Position numbers and translations under genes: made by a program
IMG/VR virus record: IMGVR_UViG_3300009609_000001
Coordinates: 36,268 to 100,267 of that record
Strand: one strand, 5' to 3'
DNA length: 64,000 nucleotides
DNA from: a virus
Shown here: positions 10,141 to 20,374 of the stretch, one piece after another
Layout of the letters: every line of letters starts with the position of its first letter
Position numbering within the stretch: position 1 is the stretch's first letter
Notes under the pieces: generated by a model
Told to the model about the DNA's origin: nothing
What the model saw: only the letters and a program-made list of their open reading frames with translations
The model's database searches: none

Positions 10141-10480
10141 CGTCGACCACTCCCTTCGCCACGATCCCTTCGTGTCCGATCCATCGCCCCGGCTACGGCG
10201 CCAGGGCTGTCCAAAACGCCTCAAACCTCCCCCGAATCCACTCCCAGCGCCCCGTAGAACAAATCCGTCGAGATGTGCTCCGGTACTTTCAGGTCCAGTC
10301 GAATTGCGCCGCGAATGACCGGGTTCACAATGCCATCCTCTGCCGCCAACTTGATCGCTTTCTTCTCCGCCGTCGCAAAGCCGCGGGCCTCGATCACGTA
10401 GCGAGCGACAATGGGAACGTCCATAATGCGACGCTCGTTAGTTCGCGAGCCGATCATTACTTCAATGCGTTTGGTCCGTT

Positions 10481-10948
10481 TCATTTCAATTTCCCCAACC
10501 CCACCAGCCGCTTCTCGATCGCCAACAACAGGTCCATGCCCAGCAGTTCCCAGCCTTGGCAGTAGTCCCAATGGACGCCCCTGACGTTGGCAATCCGTTC
10601 CGCCAACTGATGCAGCGGCGTGGCCTCGTGCTCAGCTTGCGCCAGCTCTTCGGCTTCGCGTTCGGCGGCCTCTTGCTGCTCTTTGGCGAGCCGCGCCGCT
10701 TCGGCGTCCGCGAGGTGCTTGTCGATAGTGGCGGGGTCGGTGCTGACGATGTAGTTATCGAAGCCGACTTGTTTGCCGGTGGCTCGCGTGAACAGATCGG
10801 TGCCACCATCCGTATGTTTGGCTAACAAATTGTTCGACGTACTCCAATGCCGTAGCAATTCGATGACTTCCCACACGTCGCCTTTCGAGTCCAGGAACCG
10901 CGTGCCCACGGGCAAGTCGTATTTGGGTGGTTTGGTGGTCATGTTCAA
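10481..10948 (-). CDS. Hypothetical protein
   Basis: Operon packing. Confidence 0.6.
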   Translation of the reverse strand: MNMTTKPPKYDLPVGTRFLDSKGDVWEVIELLRHWSTSNNLLAKHTDGGTDLFTRATGKQVGFDNYIVSTDPATIDKHLADAEAARLAKEQQEAAEREAEELAQAEHEATPLHQLAERIANVRGVHWDYCQGWELLGMDLLLAIEKRLVGLGKLK

Positions 10949-11232
10949 CTTCTCAAAGCGTTGTCGAGCCGCCCAATCAGCGTGAGCTTCGCGGCCACGT
11001 ATCGCGGATTTGTCGGCGCGTCCTCAAATCCTTCGGGTAGTTGCTCGACAAGTTGATTGCGCCACAACTGGACAATCTCCCGAAGCTCCCGCAACTTCTC
11101 GCGCAGTGCCGCAATCTCGCCCTCGAAGTCCCTGCCAAGAATCGCGGCTTCAATCTGCGACCAATGCTTGTGCGTTCGCGCGCATTCCTCGGTCAGCCAA
11201 CCGGGATTGGGCTTGAAAACTTCAACTTGCAT
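10945..11232 (-). CDS. Hypothetical coiled-coil protein
   Basis: Operon packing. Confidence 0.55.
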   Translation of the reverse strand: MQVEVFKPNPGWLTEECARTHKHWSQIEAAILGRDFEGEIAALREKLRELREIVQLWRNQLVEQLPEGFEDAPTNPRYVAAKLTLIGRLDNALRS

Positions 11233-11238
11233 TGATTG

Positions 11239-11463
11239 TTACTCCCCGTGGATCGCTTCCGACGCCAACTCCGTCGCCTCAATCGCCTCTTTGAGCTGCG
11301 TCTCAAGTCGCTCGCGGATGTTCGCTGGGAACGCATCCGGCAGGGCTTCCAGGACGGTTTGCACGTTGCCAACCGCCATACGGCACTCGCTTAGCGCATG
11401 CACGACGCACGCGATCCTCGCCTGTAGGCTCTTGCTCTCCGGGAACTCGTGTCGCTTTGCCAT
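11239..11463 (-). CDS. Hypothetical protein
   Basis: GGGGAG RBS; operon packing. Confidence 0.6.
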   Translation of the reverse strand: MAKRHEFPESKSLQARIACVVHALSECRMAVGNVQTVLEALPDAFPANIRERLETQLKEAIEATELASEAIHGE

Positions 11464-11468
11464 GTTCG

Positions 11469-11747
11469 TTACTCCCCCGTGACGCTTGTGGCAGACTCGT
11501 TCTTTGCTTCAAAATGCGGGTCCACACCGAACTCTTCGCACAAGCGACATGCACTGGTGCTGCCCAGTCCGCAAAAGTATGCGACCTTGCCCCACGTCGA
11601 GCCGCAGAGAATTGGCGGGTCGTCCCCTGGCTTCCGGTTTCGATGAACCATTCTGGCGAGCGTCGAGACAACGCATCTGACGATTCGCCGCAGCCGCTCG
11701 TTGTCCCTGCGAAGTGAATCGATTTCGGCTTGTTCGTTTGCGATCAT
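11469..11747 (-). CDS. Hypothetical protein
   Basis: Operon packing. Confidence 0.6.
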   Translation of the reverse strand: MIANEQAEIDSLRRDNERLRRIVRCVVSTLARMVHRNRKPGDDPPILCGSTWGKVAYFCGLGSTSACRLCEEFGVDPHFEAKNESATSVTGE

Positions 11748-11934
11748 GTTCTCTGCCAGGCAATGGGGTGGGGGTTAAAGCCTCAACTCCGTTCCGTGTT
11801 TCTCGCGGCTACTTGCCCTTGCCGCCTTTAACCTTTTGCAACCAGCAGCCAATTAGGAATCCCACAAATCCACTAACTAGCGCGGCTGCAATCTCAGCTC
11901 GAATTAGTTGCTCAAGCGTGTAGTAGTTCATGGG

Positions 11935-12261
11935 CTAGCCCTCAAGCGAATAGACGGGCCAGTCCTCTACGCCTACGCCGTATTCGTTGAGCGCGTTTGC
12001 AATCTCAGATTCCATGCCTTCCAGGTCGCACCAGCGCACGTCGCACAGACCGGGGATTTCGACGATGTAATCCGAGTCGGCGTCGTCGGGGTATTCCTTC
12101 TTCGCGGTGGCCAAGAGCGCCTCAACGTCCGCCTTGGTGACGGTAGCTGGTGTGACCGTCTCAATGCGAGTCAAGACGCATACGCTCTTTCCGGCCACTT
12201 CGATAACCTGTCGAACCTTCTCGCCGGTGGTGGCAGTAAACGTCAGTTTCTTGCGTGCCAT
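11935..12261 (-). CDS. Hypothetical acidic protein downstream of an internal promoter
   Basis: GGGAG RBS before ATG at 12261. Confidence 0.65.
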   Translation of the reverse strand: MARKKLTFTATTGEKVRQVIEVAGKSVCVLTRIETVTPATVTKADVEALLATAKKEYPDDADSDYIVEIPGLCDVRWCDLEGMESEIANALNEYGVGVEDWPVYSLEG

Positions 12262-12285
12262 TGGATAGCTCCCAAGGTGGTGAAC

Positions 12286-12342
12286 GTCAAGGTTCTTTAC
12301 TATCGACTCTGGTCGCAAGAATGTCAAGGGTCTTTACTATCG
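12286..12342 (-). promoter_or_regulatory. Sigma70-like promoter overlapped by two 20-bp direct repeats
   Basis: Minus strand TTGACA-N17-GATAGT; repeats gtcaagg(t/g)tctttactatcg at 12286-12305 and 12323-12342. Confidence 0.7.
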
Positions 12343-12346
12343 CAAA

Positions 12347-12664
12347 TCAGGCCGGCGGGAGAATGTGCCGGTAGTCGCTCAAGCCGAACGCCCTGCCCAG
12401 CGGCTCAAGCAAATCCTCAGACGGACAACCGCCGCCGCGCAGCCAGTGCTGGATGGTTGGCTTGCCAATTTCGACGCCTTGCTCGGCAAGCGCCTTGGCA
12501 ACGTCGGCGGTCTGCCAGCCGCGCGCGTCCATGAGGGATCGTAGGTGCACGCCGAAGCGCACGGGGAACCGCTTCAAGTCTTTGCGCGTTGGCTGCTTGC
12601 GCCGGTTCGGCATCGTCGCGGTCGCTCCAGGTGTGCGACGATTATCGCCAGAAATGAGGGGCAT
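12347..12664 (-). CDS. XRE-family HTH regulator
   Basis: LRSLMDARGWQTADVAKAL...TIQHWLRG...P. Confidence 0.75.
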   Translation of the reverse strand: MPLISGDNRRTPGATATMPNRRKQPTRKDLKRFPVRFGVHLRSLMDARGWQTADVAKALAEQGVEIGKPTIQHWLRGGGCPSEDLLEPLGRAFGLSDYRHILPPA

Positions 12665-12671
12665 GTGCAAA

Positions 12672-12968
12672 TTATCCTTTCTTCGCGGGGTCGAATGGCT
12701 CTTCCTTGGCGACGCGCAGGTAATCCGGGAAGCATTCCGGCATCGCCTCATGCAACGCATACTGGCCCGGCGCACGATGGCAAGCCAACGTCAGCACCTT
12801 GCGGTATGCGGTCGGCGATGTTGGCTGCGTCCACCAGCCGATTTGGAATCTGGTCACGATTTCCGCCTGCGCGAGACACCAGCAGCGCCCGGTATTGCTG
12901 TTGCCGCCACGGTTGTAGAAATCGTTTACGCAGCCAACGCAATACCTCAGTTTATCGTGTGTTTCCAT
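12672..12968 (-). CDS. Cys-rich hypothetical protein
   Basis: GAGGAG RBS; CVGC...C...CH. Confidence 0.6.
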   Translation of the reverse strand: METHDKLRYCVGCVNDFYNRGGNSNTGRCWCLAQAEIVTRFQIGWWTQPTSPTAYRKVLTLACHRAPGQYALHEAMPECFPDYLRVAKEEPFDPAKKG

Positions 12969-13468
12969 GTTCTCCTCTTCACTACATGCCCAATAGTCGA
13001 TCGACCAACTTGATACTCTGCGGCAAGTGCCGCGCCATTCTCACCAAGCGAAAATCTCATCCGTATTTCGGCGACTTGCGATTCCGTTAACCGCGACTGG
13101 CAGTGACGTTCTCCATGAGCTACGCGACCCTTGCGCATGGCATCGTGGCTATTGTCGAGCTTCGTTCCCTCAAAGATGTGCCGAGGGTTTACGCAGAGAC
13201 GAACATCGCACGAGTGACAGCCTTCACCGTTTGGCAATCGCCCGTGCGTCAGAAAAAACGCAATCCGGTGAGCGGTTGTCGGTTTCAAGTTGAAGCTGAA
13301 CTGTCCATAGCCAGTCTTTTTGAAGACTGCTGCCTGCCATAACCAGCACGCATCGTCACCGCCAGACGCATCAACCTTGCTCCAGAATCGCGCGGCAATG
13401 CGATCAAGTTTGCCACGGCAGTAGGGCAACTTGGCGTCGTGCGTCGTGTCGATTGCGGCGAGGGGCAT
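12947..13468 (-). CDS. HNH endonuclease with C-terminal HTH
   Basis: [37 protein letters not shown]. Confidence 0.9.
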   Translation of the reverse strand: MPLAAIDTTHDAKLPYCRGKLDRIAARFWSKVDASGGDDACWLWQAAVFKKTGYGQFSFNLKPTTAHRIAFFLTHGRLPNGEGCHSCDVRLCVNPRHIFEGTKLDNSHDAMRKGRVAHGERHCQSRLTESQVAEIRMRFSLGENGAALAAEYQVGRSTIGHVVKRRTWKHTIN

Positions 13469-13469
13469 A

Positions 13470-13778
13470 TCAAACCTCCGGGGGTTTAAGCACGGTTTTG
13501 GCGTATTCCACGATCATCTTCCATGCCTTTTCGGATAGCGGGCTGGGCGTCGAAATTAGGACCATTTCATCGCCGTCGTGAACGTGCCATTCGATTCGCT
13601 CACGCTTTGGCTTGGCGAGCAGCTTTCCGCGCGCGAAATCGGACACTGCGACTTTTTCCTTTGCGGCTGCTGCGTTCAGTTGGTCCATTTCCTCTTGGGT
13701 CAGCCGGCAGGTCAGCACAACCGTTTTGGCGAAGCCGGGCTTCATCTTCGGGCGTCCGCGTTGGCGCTTCATCAGCAT
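13470..13778 (-). CDS. Ribbon-helix-helix (MobC/CopG-like) DNA-binding protein
   Basis: RGRP...[18 protein letters not shown]...VSDFAR. Confidence 0.65.
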   Translation of the reverse strand: MLMKRQRGRPKMKPGFAKTVVLTCRLTQEEMDQLNAAAAKEKVAVSDFARGKLLAKPKRERIEWHVHDGDEMVLISTPSPLSEKAWKMIVEYAKTVLKPPEV

Positions 13779-14158
13779 GTCGGTTCCTTTGGCGGCGCGG
13801 GCAGGGGTTGCCATGCGGTCACTTCCCGCAGGCGGCCATTCACGGACCACCACGATTCTGTCAGCCAGCCGATTGCAATTCCATCAGCCGACGCCACGAG
13901 CACTTCGTCGTCGCCGGACGGCATCTGTTCCCCCACAGCGATCCAGCCCCCGGTTCGCTCGCGGGCTTCCGCCTCTTCCGAAGCATCGCATAGCTCAAGC
14001 GCGTGCCTGTACAGCAGAGCGTGCAGGTCTTTGCGAATCTGAAGCAAATCCGGGAACTCTGCCCCCGGTTCCTTCCATGCGTTGAACTCCGAGTGAAGGC
14101 GGCGAATCTCGGCGATTGCTTCGGTAAACGGTCCCGGCGGCAGGTTAGTCGGCGTCAT
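13772..14158 (-). CDS. DUF551-like protein
   Basis: WIAVGEQMP...EVLV...VTAWQPLPAPP. Confidence 0.75.
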   Translation of the reverse strand: MTPTNLPPGPFTEAIAEIRRLHSEFNAWKEPGAEFPDLLQIRKDLHALLYRHALELCDASEEAEARERTGGWIAVGEQMPSGDDEVLVASADGIAIGWLTESWWSVNGRLREVTAWQPLPAPPKEPTC

Positions 14159-14487
14159 ACCTTCCCCTCGATCTCTTTGTCGCAGTTGCAAAAGTCCGCC
14201 TCGTGGTCGAACGGCTCGGTCTCCTTGACCTTGACGGCGTACTCGCTCACGTCGGACCAGTCCATGTTGTTGCTAAACCAGTCGGCGAAGTCGTATTCAT
14301 CAAGGCTGCCAGCGCGCACGGAGCCGACGGTATCCTCTCGCTCGTCGGCGTAGTTCGCGTCGCGGTCATCGGCGATGATTTGCAGCGGCACGTCCCACCG
14401 CTCGCCATTGGAGAATGAGCATCGCATCATCGCCGTGGTGGCAAATCGCTTGTAGCCGAGGTCTTTTTGCTGGTAGGTTTTCGCCAT
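14155..14487 (-). CDS. Hypothetical acidic protein
   Basis: AAGGAG RBS. Confidence 0.65.
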   Translation of the reverse strand: MAKTYQQKDLGYKRFATTAMMRCSFSNGERWDVPLQIIADDRDANYADEREDTVGSVRAGSLDEYDFADWFSNNMDWSDVSEYAVKVKETEPFDHEADFCNCDKEIEGKV

Positions 14488-14843
14488 GTTGTCTCCTTTC
14501 AAATCCCGGCGCTGCGCCGTGTTGCCACGTTCTGGACGATGGGGACCGTCCAGGGACGCAGCGCCGGGGATGGGTCAATCTGTTGCGTGTGGCAAGCACA
14601 TTTCCTCATTTGCCAAGTCAATGACGCGATAAACGTGCATCGGGTTGAACGCGCCGCCGGATAGTATCTGGTCCGCCCATTGGTGAGCACTCGTCCAACT
14701 CGCCTTGTCATCATCGTTGAAATGCGCAGGCCAGCCGACGCACTGGAAGCCCCACATCATCCCCAGGATGAACGCAGCCTTGTCGCGGTCGGTTGCGTGT
14801 TCCGGGTAGGAGCGTTCGCCAATGGCTGGCTTGCTCATATGGT

Positions 14844-15065
14844 TCATTCCTTCGGCAATTCCGCCGCCAGCTTCACCATCTGTTCTTTGACGGCAAGCAC
14901 TTTTTCTAATCTCGCAAACACGGTTTCGCTGACCTCCAGTGTGGTCCATCTGTGCCGGCACTTTCTTGCGACGCAAATCCGCCTGCGTATCTGTGAGGTA
15001 TCGTTGCGGTGCGAGCGGCTGTTCTTTACTCGCGCGCCGGGTTTGCCGCACTTCGGGCACTTCAC
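14844..15065 (-). CDS. NrdR-type Zn-ribbon protein lacking the ATP cone
   Basis: MKCPKCG...V.NSR...IRRRIC...C.HRWTT.E. Confidence 0.75.
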   Translation of the reverse strand: MKCPKCGKPGARVKNSRSHRNDTSQIRRRICVARKCRHRWTTLEVSETVFARLEKVLAVKEQMVKLAAELPKE

Positions 15066-15250
15066 GGTTCACTCATCCTTGGGTAGCGAGTTGATTGCCG
15101 CCGCCAGCGCCGACCGCGCCTTACCAGCCGACTCGATTACGGCATCCGAATCGGATAGCCGGCAAAGATCTGCCAGGATCACGGACGCCTTTTCGAGCGT
15201 GCGCACCTCGCTCTTCTCGACGGTCAACTTACGGCTCTTGGTGTTCAGTC

Positions 15251-15691
15251 TCACGATTCGTCTCCCTTGGTGTTGGCTTGTCCTTCGTCTCCGAACGTAT
15301 CCGGCGCCGCATCGAGCGCCGGCTCGTCGGCGTGGCCATTCGTGGATGGCTTCTTCTCTCGCACGCGAACGCACTCCACCATTTCGCCGAACGCCAGGCA
15401 GCGAGTCGGATAGAAAGTGACACGCTTGCCGGTCCACTTGTCGGCCTCGGGACCGTACAGTTGCGCGATGCTATCCGCGTTCGTCTTATTGCACACGAGC
15501 TTCTTCGCGGTCTTTTCAAAGCGAATCACCATCTTCGCTTTCTTGCTGCCGTCGATCATTTGCAGCGATTCCTTGCTGACGGCCGAGATGGTCAGCGTCA
15601 CGTCCCTGCCCTTGAACTCGACCGCCGCCAAATAATCTGACGGAAACGCTAACTCACCGTTCAGAGTGACCTTACTCCTAGCCTTCGCCAT
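15251..15691 (-). CDS. Putative single-stranded DNA-binding protein
   Basis: FPSDYL...NKTNA..IAQLYG....WTGKRVT; acidic tail; next to exonuclease. Confidence 0.6.
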   Translation of the reverse strand: MAKARSKVTLNGELAFPSDYLAAVEFKGRDVTLTISAVSKESLQMIDGSKKAKMVIRFEKTAKKLVCNKTNADSIAQLYGPEADKWTGKRVTFYPTRCLAFGEMVECVRVREKKPSTNGHADEPALDAAPDTFGDEGQANTKGDES

Positions 15692-16559
15692 CGTCGCCCT
15701 CACTTTCTTCTGTGAATGCAGCCCCGCCGCCGATCGTCACCACGCTATCCCCTGCGTCCGCCAGCCAGCCGGGCATCTCCAGCGTTACCACTTCGTTGCA
15801 GCGGCCAGGCCAGATCCCGGTTTCGCAGCAGACCTTGTATTGCTCAAGAATCGCGTAGGCTTGCTGCCGGCCGTAGCGAATCAGCGCCGGCGATAGCTCG
15901 AACGCCATCACGTCATAGGGTGGTGTGCCCTCGACGGCGATGAAGGCGAACCGCTCCCGCTCGAATAGCTCCAAGTAGACAGCGGCTTGCAGGTTGTAGC
16001 CGAACGACAGAACCGTATTCGTGAACGTCCGCACGTCGGCGCTACGGACCTTTTTCAAATCGATCAAGGGGTCGGTCGTGAGCGCATCGCACCGGCCCTT
16101 CATGCGCACGCCGTTGACCAGCCCGACCTTGCTGATTTCGACGTGATCGATCTTGGCCGTCCACTCGCGCACGAACGGATGCTTGCGCAGCGACCGGATC
16201 ATGCCGATTAGGTTCGCGTGCTGGGCCACGGTCAGGATGATTTTCGTATCGTGCTCATCGCAGAAGCCGTCCCACTCCGCGCCGTAGCGCCTTCCCTGCC
16301 GCCAGACGGCGATGCGTTCAGCGGCAAGTTCTGGTTCAAGGAAGCAGGTATGCAGCGCGCTGCCCAGCGTCATATCGTCGGTGGTTTTCTTGACCAACTC
16401 GCGGTCCATCGCGGCTTTCAAGTGGGCCATGCTCGCGCGGCCCTCCTTGAGCACCGACTGCGACGGGATCGGCCAGCGCAGGTAGTCGGCGTGAGGGACG
16501 TGATGGTGCAGGCCATCCGCAATCGCCGTCGCCGGTTCAAGTTCAAGTTGCTGAGTCAT
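15678..16559 (-). CDS. RecE/exonuclease VIII-like PD-(D/E)XK nuclease
   Basis: SQSVLK, GSALH, KGRCD...DLK, YNLQAAVY. Confidence 0.85.
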   Translation of the reverse strand: MTQQLELEPATAIADGLHHHVPHADYLRWPIPSQSVLKEGRASMAHLKAAMDRELVKKTTDDMTLGSALHTCFLEPELAAERIAVWRQGRRYGAEWDGFCDEHDTKIILTVAQHANLIGMIRSLRKHPFVREWTAKIDHVEISKVGLVNGVRMKGRCDALTTDPLIDLKKVRSADVRTFTNTVLSFGYNLQAAVYLELFERERFAFIAVEGTPPYDVMAFELSPALIRYGRQQAYAILEQYKVCCETGIWPGRCNEVVTLEMPGWLADAGDSVVTIGGGAAFTEESEGDDGEG

Positions 16560-16837
16560 AGCGCTGTTTCCTTCCGTTGCTGATGCCGCACAAGCCAGTC
16601 CCGCATGATCTCCGGGCTGCCCCAACATCCTGCCGGCGCGTGCGAATCGAACCACAGCAAGATTTCGCGCAGCCGCACGAGGTTGTCGTTGTCCGCGCGA
16701 ATCACGGCCAAGCGAAGATCGTTGATAATCACCGCACGCAGGAAGCTGCCGGGCTGGATGCCATGCTCGATGTAGAGTTTCATCCCGTCGCGTAAGAGCG
16801 GCGGGAGCTTGTCGTAAGGCAGGCTCATGGTGTCCAT
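16556..16837 (-). CDS. Hypothetical phage protein
   Basis: PGSFLRAV..NDL...AD...CWGS pattern. Confidence 0.65.
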   Translation of the reverse strand: MDTMSLPYDKLPPLLRDGMKLYIEHGIQPGSFLRAVIINDLRLAVIRADNDNLVRLREILLWFDSHAPAGCWGSPEIMRDWLVRHQQRKETAL

Positions 16838-17373
16838 TTCAATTCATCCTCGCGCTCAATCTCTCAATCCCCTGCTCGAGCGCATCGGCCGCGATCCGGT
16901 AGGCATCGATGATCGGCGCTCCGTTGGACTTCAGTTCACACCGCGAGACAGGCTTGCCGTCCGCTCCAGACTCTTGCTCGATCACCACCAGCACAATGCA
17001 CACACCCGCTGCGCTGGCGGCTGTGCCCAGGTCGTTCAGTGCGAGTTGTACGGTGGCCGGGAGGGTCATTTCGGCAACGTCTCCCGTTCCTCTTTCACAG
17101 TCCGAACCATAATCGCCAGCGCCATCAGCCAGTCGTCGTAAATCGCCGCTGCATCCCAGCCGCTCGCCTGTGGCACGGGTCGCGGCAACAGCGCCCGCAA
17201 AAACCCGTCATCCTCATCAGGTGAGACTTCCGGCCCGTCGTGACGTGCGCGGCGACCGGAGCCCAGTAGCCCGGCGTCGTCCAGGCGTTGGCGGATTAGC
17301 TCGTCCGTCGCGGCCAGGAATCGCTCGGCGTCGTGGGCTTTGTCTTGCCAGCGGGTGCGGTCGGTGGAGGTAA

Positions 17374-17877
17374 TCATGTGGCGGTCTCCTCGCATTTCCA
17401 CTCGTATACCGGCTCGGTTTTCGTGCCGACCTGCACTCGCTTGCAAATGGCTCCGTCTTTCGTCGGGAACGCCATAACGCGAAGTCTGTACGCGTACCAC
17501 TCGTTGTGCGTGCGCTCGCCAGTTGCCGGGTTGATGGTCGATGTATTTTCTCCGCTGCAAATCAATGCGTAGGTACGTCGCTCGATTTCGTGGTAATCTT
17601 CCGGCGGCTTGTCCTTGTCGGTGTGCCAGCCACGCGAAGCCAGATCGCGGAATAGCGGAATCAATTCGTCGAAGCTCTTGACGTAAACCATGATCGCAAT
17701 GAACGGCTCGCGGCACGCCCACTGAGTTACGGAAACCTTTGGTTCAAACTGCGGGAACAGGTCGGCCACGGCATGTGCCATGCGCGCCACGTCCGACAGC
17801 AACTCGGCTTTGATGCGGAGCGCGTCAAGCTCGTCGAACTTGGCCTGGATAGCAGGAGGGACGGATTTACTTGCCAT
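17374..17877 (-). CDS. Hypothetical protein
   Basis: GGAG RBS; operon packing. Confidence 0.6.
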   Translation of the reverse strand: MASKSVPPAIQAKFDELDALRIKAELLSDVARMAHAVADLFPQFEPKVSVTQWACREPFIAIMVYVKSFDELIPLFRDLASRGWHTDKDKPPEDYHEIERRTYALICSGENTSTINPATGERTHNEWYAYRLRVMAFPTKDGAICKRVQVGTKTEPVYEWKCEETAT

Positions 17878-18691
17878 CGTTGTTCTCCAATTCCGCCGCC
17901 TTGAGCAGCAGTTGCCGTTGTAGGGCTTCGCAGTCGGTCGCGGCTTGACGTAGTTCGACGATTGCATCCGCATGGCCACGCCTGCGCAAATCGCTTGCCT
18001 TGTCGATGCGACTGCGAATGACGACTGCGCCGTTGCTGAGCGTGCTGAAGTGGACGCGGGTGGTTAGTTTGGTTGCCATGTTTGTTCTAAAAACGCCGCC
18101 GCCTTACTCGTGGTTCGTGCCTCACCTTTCGGTGATTCGGCTAGTTCGGCTTGCGGCTCTTGAGAGCCTATGGGCATTGCGCTTCGGGCTTCAACCTTTT
18201 GGGGCGGCGGCGTTGGTTCCTTTCGTTGGGCCTCCCGCAGAAGCGCCGCGGGTCGCTTGGGTCGTGGTGGCTAGTTCACAGCACACCGCTCATTGGCGAG
18301 CTTTACAGCCAGCCTGATTTGAGCGGCCGTCAGTCCCGCATTGCCGCGGTCAAGAGCGTTCGCAAAGCCAAGTAACTCACCAGCGGCTTGCGGCCATAAG
18401 ACTTTCCGCTCATGGTCGGTTGATGCCGGGAAGTCCGGTATCGGCTGTGCAAAAAAATCAGGATTGATAGTTGGTTTTTCTGGCGGCATCAGTGCGTGAC
18501 CTTTCCGATACAGGCGAGAATCCCGCGGCGCGCCAGGAATCGTTGCCTGGCCTGCGCCTCTTCAAGCGTCTGGAATTCGTCGATAGTCGCGCTGTCCACG
18601 TCGTCCGACCATCGCAGTTGGTAGAAGGGGAATTTCATCGTTTCGTTTTCCTTGTCCTTGCCCCGCGGCCATTGCGGGTGCGGGAGGGGGG

Positions 18692-19645
18692 TTAGGGTGC
18701 ATCGACGATTCCGCCACTTGCGGCCAAGTCATCGTAGGATTGCTTGTTAGCTCGGCACTTCCGGCAGAGGGTTTCACCTGCCGAGAACAACTTGAACGGC
18801 TCGCTGCATTCGTCGCATTGGGCCATAGGCTGGCGTGGTGTCAGCCGAACATGCTCGGCAACTTCATCGGGAACCGTGGGGCGGTTGGCTGGCGGTTGGC
18901 CACGGGCGCGAGACAGTTCCTTTATGTCCGATTCGTCCACTGCCGATGCGCGCCATTCGTCCAGTTTGCGGAGCGTCCTTTCTTCGCCACGCTCCAGCAG
19001 CAAATGCCACTGATAGGCGTCGGCCGGACTGGCGTTTCCACCGGCAGCAATGAGAGCGGCAGCCCTCTCTTGGTGCGTCATGCTGTTCCACCACGCCATA
19101 CCGGCCGCTTCATCGACCACACTTCCGCCAACGCAAACGTGTTCACGCTGCGGAAGTTCCTCATTCTCCGTGTCTGCCGTGAATTTGCCGCGCGCTACGG
19201 ACTCTACGATGGCTTCGGCCTGTGCGTTTCCTGCGTCACGGCACACGTCACACGACCCGTAGCCGATTTGGACCTTGCAGGTACGGCAGTAATCGTCGTC
19301 AAAGCATGGGTCATTGTCGGGGTCCGCCTGCGCGTCCTTGTAGGCCCGGTTGCACGGCTCGCACCAGTCGCCTTCCTTGACGCCGTGCTCGCAGACGCTG
19401 CCGCCAATCCAGGAGAACAGCGAGACAACATCGTCGCCGGATTGTTCCAAGCCAGTGTCGATGTATTCCCAGCGGACGTTCCTGCCTTGTTCGTCTTTGG
19501 AGTCGAACCACAGGCCATCTGGCTTGCGGTTCGTGTTCCTCTCGGTCTTGTCGAGGTGATAAATGGCTCCGTCCATCGGACCATCGACGCATTGAAGAAT
19601 CATGTAGTCCGTCCTTCCAGGGCAGCCGCGCCCACCGGCAGGCAT
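18692..19645 (-). CDS. Mosaic multi-Zn-finger hypothetical protein (start probably ATG near 19603)
   Basis: Three Cys clusters. Confidence 0.6.
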   Translation of the reverse strand: MPAGGRGCPGRTDYMILQCVDGPMDGAIYHLDKTERNTNRKPDGLWFDSKDEQGRNVRWEYIDTGLEQSGDDVVSLFSWIGGSVCEHGVKEGDWCEPCNRAYKDAQADPDNDPCFDDDYCRTCKVQIGYGSCDVCRDAGNAQAEAIVESVARGKFTADTENEELPQREHVCVGGSVVDEAAGMAWWNSMTHQERAAALIAAGGNASPADAYQWHLLLERGEERTLRKLDEWRASAVDESDIKELSRARGQPPANRPTVPDEVAEHVRLTPRQPMAQCDECSEPFKLFSAGETLCRKCRANKQSYDDLAASGGIVDAP

Positions 19646-19916
19646 CGAGAAAGATTTTCGACTTCGATCTCCAACCGCAAGGCATTGATTTCCTGCGCTA
19701 TGGGAGATGGCGTGAAATAGCCTTCCGGCTTGTCGATGCCAAGATGTTTGATCGCCCCGCGAAGCGTACTGTGGGCTTGCGAGTGAGCGTCTGGATAAGT
19801 CGGAAAGAAACTCGCGTAGCCGTTCTTTCTGGCCACGGCCACGATGGCGTTCTCCTGCGATGACAGTTCAGGAAAGCACCACTCAAGCCACCATTGCTTT
19901 GACATAAAGGTTCTCC

Positions 19917-19949
19917 AAAAAAGCCTGTCGCCGGACTTGCCGCACAGGC
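19917..19949 (-). terminator. Intrinsic terminator
   Basis: Minus strand GCCTGT...ACAGGC TTTTTT. Confidence 0.6.
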
Positions 19950-19976
19950 ACTTGGCAAAGCCAAGTCTCGAACGGT

Positions 19977-20264
19977 TTACGACTGGTAATTCATCGGCCA
20001 AGCGAACTCTTTCGCGGCCTCGATGCCGGCTTCTGCCATGATTGCCTTGAAGGTCATTTCGGCCACCTTGTCCATGTGACAGTCGAGGGCGGCCTTCGCG
20101 GCGGCCAGAGCCTCCGGCAGCTTGATCTTGCACCACGACCGAATACAGGCGGTGGCGGCTTCGTAATCGAGAACCTTCAGGCCGTTGGCTCGGACGTATT
20201 CGGCAGCGGCACGCATGGCGGTCTCTGCGGCAAGCGTTCCCAGGTTGTCGATGTTCGTTGTCAT
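19977..20264 (-). CDS. Hypothetical Ala-rich protein
   Basis: Follows promoter-like TTGACC...TAGACT at about 20316-20343. Confidence 0.65.
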   Translation of the reverse strand: MTTNIDNLGTLAAETAMRAAAEYVRANGLKVLDYEAATACIRSWCKIKLPEALAAAKAALDCHMDKVAEMTFKAIMAEAGIEAAKEFAWPMNYQS

Positions 20265-20374
20265 GTTCTTTTCCCTTTGCGTTTGATTCCCGCAAGTCTT
20301 GCTTGCGTGCGTATAGTCTAACAGATTAGATTATCGGGTCAAGCCCCCACGGGCATATAATCCAAAATACTTGA

